Part shown: positions 40,300-52,622 of the stretch, one piece after another
Layout of the letters: every line of letters begins with the position of its first letter
Numbering within the stretch: the stretch's first letter is position 1
The notes under the pieces: generated by a model
The model's database searches: none
The model's input: the letters and a program-made list of their open reading frames with translations, nothing else
What the model was told of the DNA's origin: nothing
Position numbers and translations under genes: made by a program
DNA from: Eledone cirrhosa
Taxonomy: Eukaryota
Length of the DNA stretch: 64,000 nucleotides
NCBI GenBank assembly: GCA_964016885.1
Contig: OZ024743.1
Location: 313,596,001-313,660,000 of the forward strand
Direction of reading: 5' to 3'

Positions 40300-40305
<6 letters not shown>
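38611..40305 (-). mobile_element. Internally deleted Helitron
   Basis: 3' hairpin CCCGAGCAACGCCGGG and CTAG at 38611; 5' TATAAAAGCGAGGATGTGTGTG resembles the 1541 element; contains a helicase fragment. Confidence 0.85.
39099..39587 (-). pseudogene. Helitron Pif1-like helicase, C-terminal fragment
   Basis: [13 protein letters not shown]...LLRN...LCNGTRL...[23 protein letters not shown]...[13 protein letters not shown]. Confidence 0.95.
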
Positions 40306-40384
<79 letters not shown>

Positions 40385-40450
40385 GTATATATATATATAT
40401 GCATACACACATACTTATGCATTCATACATACACACACACACAAAAAAAA

Positions 40451-40481
<31 letters not shown>

Positions 40482-41503
40482 CACACGCACATATATATAT
40501 ATATATATATATATATGTCTGACGCTCTGCCGATTCTCTCAAACAGCCTGATGATTTTGTTTAACCTGTATGCATGAACTTACAAATATTAGGCATAGTA
40601 GAATAGAACTTGTCACATCCGATATCACCATTGCCATTATTGAATTTTCTTAGCCATGTCAGCATAATGGAAGAGCCGTAGGCCTCTAGGTTAGCATGAA
40701 ATAAATTGTTGAACTGCAGTTTCTAATTAAAACCATTCATTTTCATTAGTTAATTCAGCGCTTCATTCACAACAAGCCAGCGGCAAGACAAATATATTTT
40801 TGTAGATGTATACAATAGTTCAATGGGATGTAAATCAGCATTAATCTGCATTAATGTGGCCTCAAATACAGCCTTTGATGAGAAATCATTGTATCATTCA
40901 TTAGTGTCAGCGCATGTACATCATCCGCCCCAGAAAAGCTTTCTAGCTGCAATTAATGCATCATTCATTCGTTAAATCGAAATAAATCAACTGCAGAAGA
41001 ACCATTTAAATCAGTCTATACAGGCTTTCTGTTAATAATAAGGAAAGAGTAACACGGTTAACGCTGAAGCTGTCAATGATTCATATCTTGTAACCCGAGC
41101 CTCTTGTAACATGTCTTGCATGTTCCTTATACACTAATATGATAAAAGATATAACACGTATATATAGCTTCGACCGGAAGCAGTGGTATTTCTGTCTCGT
41201 CAATGGGTGTTTCGCTATATTTCCTTATCTCTGAAGTCACCATTTATGCAGGGAATATGGCAGAAATATTCACATTGCATATATATTTTAACTATTGATA
41301 TCCTCTCTAGCATGACATAATCTAGAGATAAATGAAAGAAACTGAAACTGATATCGCCTCAGAATAATCAGTAGAGTGTAATTATTATAGATTACGCTAT
41401 CTAGAAATCTATTTTCATTCTATGATTTCAAATCTCACCACGGACTGTATTATTTTGTTTAAAAGTATGGAATTGTACTTGCCTGGCAATTAACGATACA
41501 CAC

Positions 41504-41572
<69 letters not shown>

Positions 41573-41740
41573 GAGAGAGAGAGGGAGAGAGATTAAGATT
41601 GAGAGTTACCAGTAAGACCATATTCATCTGAGTAGATGATATTTGGGAAAGTAGAGTGCATGTATTGCTAAGAGTTAGTGCCTGACGGCTGAGCTCACGC
41701 CGTTTCAACGGTGAGTGAGCAACTATATATAACTATCAGT

Positions 41741-41799
<59 letters not shown>

Positions 41800-44598
41800 C
41801 TACCTAATTGCCTATTGTACATTTTTATTTACCAAGAATTTTGTAGACGACAATTGCCCAAATATCTGCATATTGGATGCCATTCAGAAACCACATCAGT
41901 TTCCTTTTGAAGTTAACGTCTAAACCACGCACCTATGCCTTCACTTATATTATTGAACTTACCCCCCCCCCCCCCCCCCCCAAACTATTTCGGTAGGAAC
42001 TATATGAAAGCTATCAGTAGATTTTATCTTTTATCGAGGATCTAAATGAAAATTTAATGAGAAACCAATTCCTCGTAGTAATATACAAAAGTTATTTCTA
42101 GTTACACATCTTACTTATCAGAATATAAACCTTGTTCGTAAATTCTCAATGGAATTTACTTTTATCAGCTAAATGTTAGGTTAACTATATTAAAGAATCT
42201 ATAGAGGAGAGATGTCTATGCTCATTGTTAAATCAATGCAGCAAACAAAAGGGTAGTCAGATCTAGTTTCAGTCTGTGAACAAATGACAAATGTGAAAGC
42301 TGATGCTAAAGCAGAAATAGTTTGGTTGTATTTTTGTAATCAAACTTTTTTGTTTGTAGTTTATTTCTATTAACGGATGAAGGATTATCACATTGGCACG
42401 GTTGCCTAATCATTCAAAACTCGCTCCAACACTATGGAGGCTTCAGGTTCATTTTCACTGCCTGATATCTTTGGAAATAATTTTCTCCCGTTTGTTTGGC
42501 TTGGTTTCATCCTCATGAGTGGAATTCCATACACATAAGTCGTATGATTCTGAAGTGAACTTCGCGACTACGTAGTTTCGAGTCAACTTGCACTGCACGG
42601 TAATTTAACAAAGTTTCTTTTAGTTTAGTGTGTTTGTAGCAAAATCTTGTAAGTGGAAATAGACGCAAATTGTGTTACAGAAAATATTTCCGCAACAATG
42701 TAGTTTCTACTCGCAGTAATGTGGTATTGTAACAAACGTTTAATGTATTGTAACAAACATTTAAGGCGAAAGAGATAAGTAAAGAGATAAGTAGGCACAA
42801 TTAAAATGAAAGAGATGATACGTAAAGCAAGTCTGTCAATATATTTCATATTTACCTTTGTGAAGGCGCATGGATTAGTGGTTGCAAATTTGATTGCCGG
42901 ACCGGGTGATACGTTATGTTTTTGCGCAAGAAAAGACGTTTTATGTTACGTTGTTCTTTCTTCCAGGAGATACGCTCGGTATATAATATAAGCAAGGTAA
43001 AGATCAATGGAAACATTGTTGCCTTGGTCCAATTTTACTAGTCCCATCCAACTCAGTAAGCAAATGAGGTCTCGGATCAAGTAAAGCCATCGATCAAGTA
43101 AATAACAATCAATGCACCGAGTACACCACCATTATTTTTCAGACATAGTATATGATACTTTCCATTGCTCGCATAATACTTTAAGACAGCAGCGTGTGAT
43201 TTTATTAATGCCCTAACATTTTCTTAGTAGATTTGTGGCTCCTATGGAACTGATTTGTTCCTTTTCGCTTATTTACTAAATAAAGTATAGAATTAAATAT
43301 ACAAATGATAGCTCCGTCTTGATGGAGATTCCGACGCAGACTGCTAACAACGAGATTCGCAAGCAATTAATGTCACTAGATAGATTTCTACATCTGCGTT
43401 TCCTTGAAGTCATCATACATAGGATCAGAGAATCTGATGTATGATAATAGAAAATAGGAAATACACACTATATTGAAATATTCTGTAAAGCAATGAAAAC
43501 AAAATAATACATATCCTGTAGAAAATGTTCTTATACCATATCCAATATATATATTTGTGTGTGTGTGTGTGTGGGGGGGGGGGGGATGTGTGTGTGTGTG
43601 CGCGTGCGTGCGTGTTTGTGTAAAGGATAAGGTAATTTTCCTTTTTCGTTGGTATTATCAGACTTGCAGAATGATTCTATAACCGTTAATAAAATGCCAA
43701 CTACCGGATAGATCACTCAACAAGGATAATTGAATCCAGCGGGATAATATTCCATGTGTTATATAAAAATACGCACCCATAAGCAACTAAATTTTTCTTA
43801 CTCTCATCTTATTGTCATTTTGCATTATATAACTTTCCACATTATATAATATATCATATACAAAGCTTCAAGCTAATTACATTTTATTTTTATCTAATTA
43901 TACATTTTTACATATCTTTCATTATAGCGTTATGTCACTGTTTGTTAGGAAATGCTATGTCCGATCATTTTCGTTCTACAATAGACGTTTTAACGTCAAC
44001 AATTCATCAGAAAATGTGTAATTCTTAGATATTTTGATAGTGGCAATGGTAAAGAGGAGTGGCTATTATGCTGACCAATGGGTATCCAACAGTCACTGTT
44101 TGTACATAAATGATACCTGCCATTGGTTTAGAAGTGATCATCTATAGAATAAATGGGATATAGTGTATTCAAACCAAAACGAATGACAAGTAATAAATCT
44201 ATTTATTATAAGTTGTATCCATATGGACATTACAGATAAGGTTGAAGATATGGAATTGGCAAGTGTAAAGTAGAGATATAATACATTCTATTAGCCTTAT
44301 TGTTATTAGTTTGACAGTTGGAGATAAGGTGAAGTTAAGAACAAATATTAATAGATTGGCTCTTTGAGGTATATAGGATTGATAAGTTCCAATCGTCGGT
44401 TAGTTAAGGTTATAATTAGAGAATGTTTTTAAGTACTTGTGTTGAATATCCTAACTTGTCTTATTTCAGCAAATTGTTTGCTGTTAAGATTTCCAGTACT
44501 TCAAACCCGTAGACAGTGACATAACCTAATAATAAAACATATATAAAAATATTAAATAACATATTTTCTAATAGCTTCTTGTATGTACTTCCTAACAC

Positions 44599-44634
<36 letters not shown>

Positions 44635-44870
44635 AGTATGCATGTATACGTACATACATATATGTATACAGACGTACAGTAGCATGCACATATATATATA
44701 CACATACATATATACATACACATGCATACAGGTACACATACATATATGCACGTATCAGTTTAGCGGCGCTAACGTCGCTTTGTTCGTTTGTAAACAAACT
44801 GAACAGCCTGAATTTATGCCATACGGTGTTAAGGCAACCACGTCACCTTTTTGTTCAACACTGACACAGG

Positions 44871-44915
44871 AACGATGTACTAGTTTCAAGCTTGTTAGCT
44901 ATCATCAGCACCGTT
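44871..44915 (-). ncRNA. Type I hammerhead (inverted copy of the 466-bp unit)
   Basis: Reverse complement of 45368-45412. Confidence 0.92.
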
Positions 44916-45367
44916 TACCCATCTGCCAGATAGTTGAACGTTCGAAAGTATATACTTTCCTTATGAAAATTAACGGCTGAGCAGCCTAATTTGCATATTG
45001 AGTGAGTTAAATCGGTCAGGCATACCGAAAACGATAAATTGAAACAAAATGAAAACGAAATTTCATTTCTCACTCTTAGTATGGCACTTACTTAAATGTA
45101 AGTATGCATGTATACGTACATACATATATGTATACAGACGTACAGTAGCATATATATATGTATGTACGTATACATGCATACTTACATTTAAGTAAGTGCC
45201 ATACTAAGAGTGAGAAATGAAATTTCGTTTTCATTTTGTTTCAATTTATCGTTTTCGGTATGCCTGACCGATTTAACTCACTCAATATGCAAATTAGGCT
45301 GCTCAGCCGTTAATTTTCATAAGGAAAGTATATACTTTCGAACGTTCAACTATCTGGCAGATGGGTA

Positions 45368-45412
45368 AACGGTGCTGATGATAGCTAACAAGCTTGAAAC
45401 TAGTACATCGTT
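45368..45412 (+). ncRNA. Type I hammerhead; identical copies start at 45834, 46300, 46766, 47232 and 47698
   Basis: AACGGTG-CTGATGA-T-AGCT-AACA-AGCT-T-GAAA-CTAG-TA-CATCGTT. Stem I is 7 bp, stem III is the palindrome ACTAGT, predicted cleavage after GUA at 45405. Confidence 0.93.
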
Positions 45413-48104
45413 CCTGTGTCAGTGTTGAACAAAAAGGTGACGTGGTTGCCTTAACACCGTATGGCATAAATTCAGGCTGTTCAGTTTGTTTACAAACGAA
45501 CAAAGCGACGTTAGCGCCGCTAAACTGATACGTGCATATATGTATGTGTACCTGTATGCATGTGTATGTATATATGTATGTGTATATATATATGTGCATG
45601 CTACTGTACGTCTGTATACATATATGTATGTACGTATACATGCATACTTACATTTAAGTAAGTGCCATACTAAGAGTGAGAAATGAAATTTCGTTTTCAT
45701 TTTGTTTCAATTTATCGTTTTCGGTATGCCTGACCGATTTAACTCACTCAATATGCAAATTAGGCTGCTCAGCCGTTAATTTTCATAAGGAAAGTATATA
45801 CTTTCGAACGTTCAACTATCTGGCAGATGGGTAAACGGTGCTGATGATAGCTAACAAGCTTGAAACTAGTACATCGTTCCTGTGTCAGTGTTGAACAAAA
45901 AGGTGACGTGGTTGCCTTAACACCGTATGGCATAAATTCAGGCTGTTCAGTTTGTTTACAAACGAACAAAGCGACGTTAGCGCCGCTAAACTGATACGTG
46001 CATATATGTATGTGTACCTGTATGCATGTGTATGTATATATGTATGTGTATATATATATGTGCATGCTACTGTACGTCTGTATACATATATGTATGTACG
46101 TATACATGCATACTTACATTTAAGTAAGTGCCATACTAAGAGTGAGAAATGAAATTTCGTTTTCATTTTGTCTCAATTTATCGTTTTCGGTATGCCTGAC
46201 CGATTTAACTCACTCAATATGCAAATTAGGCTGCTCAGCCGTTAATTTTCATAAGGAAAGTATATACTTTCGAACGTTCAACTATCTGGCAGATGGGTAA
46301 ACGGTGCTGATGATAGCTAACAAGCTTGAAACTAGTACATCGTTCCTGTGTCAGTGTTGAACAAAAAGGTGACGTGGTTGCCTTAACACCGTATGGCATA
46401 AATTCAGGCTGTTCAGTTTGTTTACAAACGAACAAAGCGACGTTAGCGCCGCTAAACTGATACGTGCATATATGTATGTGTACCTGTATGCATGTGTATG
46501 TATATATGTATGTGTATATATATATGTGCATGCTACTGTACGTCTGTATACATATATGTATGTACGTATACATGCATACTTACATTTAAGTAAGTGCCAT
46601 ACTAAGAGTGAGAAATGAAATTTCGTTTTCATTTTGTTTCAATTTATCGTTTTCGGTATGCCTGACCGATTTAACTCACTCAATATGCAAATTAGGCTGC
46701 TCAGCCGTTAATTTTCATAAGGAAAGTATATACTTTCGAACGTTCAACTATCTGGCAGATGGGTAAACGGTGCTGATGATAGCTAACAAGCTTGAAACTA
46801 GTACATCGTTCCTGTGTCAGTGTTGAACAAAAAGGTGACGTGGTTGCCTTAACACCGTATGGCATAAATTCAGGCTGTTCAGTTTGTTTACAAACGAACA
46901 AAGCGACGTTAGCGCCGCTAAACTGATACGTGCATATATGTATGTGTACCTGTATGCATGTGTATGTATATATGTATGTGTATATATATATGTGCATGCT
47001 ACTGTACGTCTGTATACATATATGTATGTACGTATACATGCATACTTACATTTAAGTAAGTGCCATACTAAGAGTGAGAAATGAAATTTCGTTTTCATTT
47101 TGTTTCAATTTATCGTTTTCGGTATGCCTGACCGATTTAACTCACTCAATATGCAAATTAGGCTGCTCAGCCGTTAATTTTCATAAGGAAAGTATATACT
47201 TTCGAACGTTCAACTATCTGGCAGATGGGTAAACGGTGCTGATGATAGCTAACAAGCTTGAAACTAGTACATCGTTCCTGTGTCAGTGTTGAACAAAAAG
47301 GTGACGTGGTTGCCTTAACACCGTATGGCATAAATTCAGGCTGTTCAGTTTGTTTACAAACGAACAAAGCGACGTTAGCGCCGCTAAACTGATACGTGCA
47401 TATATGTATGTGTACCTGTATGCATGTGTATGTATATATGTATGTGTATATATATATGTGCATGCTACTGTACGTCTGTATACATATATGTATGTACGTA
47501 TACATGCATACTTACATTTAAGTAAGTGCCATACTAAGAGTGAGAAATGAAATTTCGTTTTCATTTTGTTTCAATTTATCGTTTTCGGTATGCCTGACCG
47601 ATTTAACTCACTCAATATGCAAATTAGGCTGCTCAGCCGTTAATTTTCATAAGGAAAGGATATACTTTCGAACGTTCAACTATCTGGCAGATGGGTAAAC
47701 GGTGCTGATGATAGCTAACAAGCTTGAAACTAGTACATCGTTCCTGTGTCAGTGTTGAACAAAAAGGTGACGTGGTTGCCTTAACACCGTATGGCATAAA
47801 TTCAGGCTGTTCAGTTTGTTTACAAACGAACAAAGCGACGTTAGCGCCGCTAAACTGATACGTGCATATATGTATGTGTACCTGTATGCATGTGTATGTA
47901 TATATGTATGTGTATATATATATGTGCATGCTACTGTACGTCTGTATACATATATGTATGTACGTATACATGCATACTTACATTTAAGTAAGTGCCATAC
48001 TAAGAGTGAGAAATGAAATTTCGTTTTCATTTTGTTTCAATTTATATATATATATATATATATATAAACATAAGTCAATTGAATGAACTCATAATCCTTT
48101 ATTT

Positions 48105-48160
48105 ACTGCTATATATATTTCGATGATAGCCATTGAATGGCTATGACCTCATCAGGCAGT
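48105..48160 (-). ncRNA. Type I hammerhead ribozyme
   Basis: ACTGC-CTGATGA-GGTCATAGCCAT-TCA-ATGGCTATCATC-GAAA-TATATA-TA-GCAGT. Confidence 0.85.
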
Positions 48161-49074
48161 TAGTCAGTTCTTAGATATGCCAGCTCTGTGTGTATAGTGT
48201 TGATGGTATCAGAGCCTTGGGACATATGAGCTTGTTAGGAATATTTTGATGTTGTCAGCAGGAATAGTCTTGATTCTCATTGGTCAGTTTGTAGATGGTA
48301 GTAGGTTGGTATTTGACCTCAAAGAGGCAGGTGGTTCTGTAAGGTTCAAACCATCAGGCAAGATGACAATAGTTCCACATGACTGATTTTCACAAAAGGC
48401 AATCTTGGTCAGATATATTTTCAAATAAGGTTAATAGTATGAAATAGATACTACAGGTCATTCTTAAATTGAGGAATTTATGTGGAGTGATGCTACTGAA
48501 AATTATGGTTGGAGTAGAAGGTTTACAAATAAAAAGGCTTATGTAGGTTAGCTTGCACTACACTCACACACACTTCCACACATACAAAAAGTGGGGTGGT
48601 AATACTTAATATAATGGTTAGAGTCCAATACTTAGATAGTTTAGAAAATTTAGAAATAAAGGGTTTATGCTGGTACAATTGTACATACACTCACACCTAC
48701 CCCTCAAACACTCACACATCTACACACACAAATCCATACAGGTGTGTGTATATATATATGCATGCATGCATGTACGCACAAGTATACACACATATATATA
48801 TATAAAATATATATATACACAGAACATACATATATATAAAATATATACATACAAAAATATAAAAAAATATATATATACATAGAATGCACACACACACACA
48901 AAATATATACACACGTAAAACATACATATATATATATATAAAAATACACACACACATACACACATATATATATAAAATATATACATACAGATACGCACAC
49001 ATATATAAAAAATACGCATACATAGACATATAAAATACACATATATATACACATGATACATATATACATATATA

Positions 49075-51025
49075 TATAAAATCAGGTTCAATAAAACATT
49101 GTTTAGATGACTCCTAACCAGTAGAGGATCCGGTGGACCATCCACCATAAGGACCGCAAACCATGGGTGGTTTTGTTGTCTATTGGTCATTGGTACAGGG
49201 TGTAGGGGACGTACCGGGGGGGGGCTGCGGGAGGCCGTAACCGGGGTTTATCCATATAGCTTGAGGAAAGTTCCCGACCTTAGGTGTCTGCAGGCACCGA
49301 ATAAGTCGGCCCTTCTGTTTAATAGCTTGGTTCCGCCATGAAGAATCTCGAGTGTCTCACTAAGACAGAGGTTGCAAATACCAGACCCGCCTCTCTCTGA
49401 GGGAACCTTTCTAACCACGGACCAGACCAGAGAGTGCGGGGTCTTTTCAAGTTTGAGCTTCCAGATCAGTTTATAAAGGGCCGTACATTTCCTCTTATCT
49501 ATTCCGTGAAAGGAATGGCGATGGTTATACCACCGAGCTTTGAAGCTCGTCGCTGTGGATCCTATGTAGTGGTGCTCCGAGTTAGAGGTTATGACCTTGC
49601 ACCTGTAGACCACGTTTTTGGTCATGCATTCGCGTGGTTAGCATCACTCGGGATTGGCTGGGTAGCCTCCGCAATCAGCACAGGGTCGTTGAGTTCCGGT
49701 GTACTAGTTGGGCCTGTCCGGGTTCCGCTGCGTCCCGCGTGCTGGTTCTGTTGGGTGGCTCCAGGGTTTACGGTGGTATTAGAGGCAGTGAGCCTATTCC
49801 TATTTATGCCAGCTATGTGCTGCGCTACGGAGCGTGTGGTTGAGTAGGAAAGTTTCACCGTGTGCCTGTTGAATAATTTATGGTACTTATGGGCCCTAGG
49901 AAACATATATCCAGTACTCTAAAGAATGTTCTAGCCAGGCTGGTACGTAGACCCACCGAGTACGGAGGGTTATACCATGTGACCTTCCTGGTCCTATTCT
50001 TGCGGGGTTGTTGGGTGTTCGCCGTGGGCCATTGCGTGGTTGTGCACAGCTCAGGTCGAGCTCGGTTGGTGTCACTTGGGTGTGCGGAGCGGTAACTATA
50101 ATGAGGGTTATACAGGCCCACCGTGGGGTTATAAACCTGCGAGGTGCGGCCTCCCTGCTCAATTAGGATTCGGCGGGTGGTGGGGCCGGTGAAGGGGTGC
50201 CTATGCTCCGCAGCACAATGGTCTTCAGCGTTGTAGGTATTAGACCGGTGGCGTATGCGGGACCTTCTACCGGTTGTGGTGACGGATAGGGGTCTGGGAG
50301 TGTTACTACCGGTCATGGAGGTATTAGGTGGGCCGAGACCTGCCCCTGAGGGTTTGGTTCGGGGTATCCTTGGGTCATCTCGATCATGTCCCTTAGGGTT
50401 ATAGCTGATCCTATCGCTGTGGGACACCTTAGCTAGAGCTGAGTTATAGTAGTCAGCGTTACTATTGAAGATCTCTTCATTGGCTGACAAGTTAGAGATC
50501 CTGTCATAGACACTCTTAACTACGGCCTTAACTATAGATCTAGGGTGGTTAGACTCAGCCTTGTTATACATCAGCTTCTCATTGGGTTTATGATATGGGT
50601 GGTGTAGCTTGGTGTTGATGGTGGTGTCCAGGAAATTCACTACTTTTCTATTGGGTTCCATCTCTACCTTAAGTCCTACCTTGCTAAAGAAGTGCCTAAT
50701 TCCCATCTTCATACTATCGACCATTGTGGTGCTGTGGTCCACTACGGTGAAGAGTGCGTCGTCTCGGTACAGACCGCCGCCCAGGTTGGGTATTTCTATC
50801 CTGATCTCGTAGAGTATGTATATCCCAACCAAGTCCGTTAGCTGCGCGGAGTCACTGGAGCCCATTGTAATGTCAAAATTATTTGGCCAGTCGCTCCGGG
50901 TCCATATATCCCCACCGAATCGGATCAGGGTCTTTCTGGCGGCGTGTATGATTCGAACCTCGTCGCGTGTTAGGTCTGTCCTATTCATCGCGAATATGAG
51001 TGCCTTGTTCAGGACTATGGGCATA
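49075..51025 (-). pseudogene. 5'-truncated PLE family C (Naiad-like by motif pattern): RT C-terminal half plus GIY-YIG, frameshifted
   Basis: FDITMGSSDSAQLTDLVGIYIL, GLYRDD, NFLD, PYHKP, SNHP, WYNPPYS, NVVY...YIGST, CNLCLSE...LLNRR...CRH. Confidence 0.92.
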
Positions 51026-51304
51026 TATATATGCATACAGGCTTATAGCCGGACAACCAACAAGAACAAAAACAAAATAAAATTACACCTAAATACCTAT
51101 CTTGAATGTATATCAAATACTTGTTACACAACGACTCTTATGTCTTTGAAATGTACATAACGGATGATGTATTAAACTGAATATATATACTTGATATCGT
51201 CTCTTATTCTTTTAATAATATTGACATTTCATCTGATATCATATTGGTAATACCTTTTGGTACATACGTGGTGATTGCTTATGTAACCAGTAATCAGTTT
51301 ATGG

Positions 51305-51374
<70 letters not shown>

Positions 51375-51465
51375 AGTATGTGTTCGTTGTTTATCAACAC
51401 CTCAGTATGCAGGCTGGAGCACTCGACGAAGTACGCAGGTTGGTTTGTTTACTCCGGAATAATGT

Positions 51466-51889
51466 AAAATAGGTAAGTCAAACATGTTAAATTTGGCTTC
51501 GTTTATTATAAATTCTCTGCTATATATATTTCAGTGACAGCTATTATTAGCTGTGACCTCATCAGGCAGCACGAATTAAAGTAGAAAAAACAGGTAAACA
51601 TGGTGTTGAAATGTTTTCCACTGTCAATTCATCGAAATCGGTGTGCTGTTAGTACTCCGAGGAACTGTAAATATATGATTCCAGTTCCTCGGAGGACTAT
51701 CAGCACACCCATATCGATGAATTGACAGAGTGGAACACATTTCAACACCATGTTTACCTGTTTTTTTCTACATTAATTCATTCGTACTGCCTGATGAGAT
51801 CACAGCCAAAAATAGCTGTCACTGAAATATATATACCAGAGGATTTATAATAAACGAAGCCAAATTTAACATGTTTAACTTACTTATTT

Positions 51890-51890
<1 letters not shown>
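51466..51890. mobile_element. Fold-back element (about 200-bp arms) with one HHR per arm
   Basis: 51466-51667 is complementary to 51682-51890 with scattered mismatches; right end abuts (TA)n. Confidence 0.88.
51517..51569 (-). ncRNA. Type I hammerhead; the plus-strand partner at 51787-51839 has a stem I mismatch
   Basis: CTGC-CTGATGA-GGTCACAGCTA-ATAA-TAGCTGTCACT-GAAA-TATATA-TA-GCAG. Confidence 0.82.
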
Positions 51891-51926
<36 letters not shown>

Positions 51927-52118
51927 TTATGTATATATTTTTTTTAATATAAGGAACTTGTTCTTTGTTTTTATTTCATTGTTTTTATTAATTTATCTTG
52001 ACTCTGTTTTCCTATGATTTTTATCGTAAATTTTTGAATGCATCTTCTCTTTTCATTATATCTTCTATATTTGGATTACATTGAGTTCTTTATACGGATT
52101 GGACACTACTGTATATCT

Positions 52119-52149
<31 letters not shown>

Positions 52150-52150
52150 C

Positions 52151-52312
<162 letters not shown>

Positions 52313-52336
52313 ATATATAATATATATATATATAAG

Positions 52337-52490
52337 CGGCTTCTACAGGACTAGGACTGCTTCATTCGGGAGAAATCATCAAGGCTATCTTGATGATTTC
52401 TCCCGAAACAGTTCTAGTCCTCTAGAAGCCATTTCTATATTCTGCTATGTATTGAGTAGCTTACTGTGGTTACCCCCCGATTGAACCCTG
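52337..52490. mobile_element. Small fold-back element with degenerate HHR cores
   Basis: GGCTTCTACAGGACTAG...AAATCATCAAG / CTTGATGATTTCTCCCGAAACAGTTCTAGTCCTCTAGAAGCC, within (TA)n. Confidence 0.6.
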
Positions 52491-52493
52491 GAA

Positions 52494-52622
<129 letters not shown>

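Larger units (their letters stand above)
44630..48043. mobile_element. Retrozyme-like array: one inverted copy (44630-45151) plus about 6.2 tandem copies (45152-48043) of a 466-bp non-coding unit, each with an HHR
   Basis: Exact 466-bp period. Only two substitutions noticed (near 46172 and 47659). (TA)n at both ends. Confidence 0.93.

Noticed and set aside
44583-48030. Repeated 112-, 93- and 66-aa ORFs in the 466-bp unit
   Set aside because: Largely (TA/CA)-derived low complexity, the longer two are antisense to the HHR, and they are not preserved in the diverged copy at 5445-6015.
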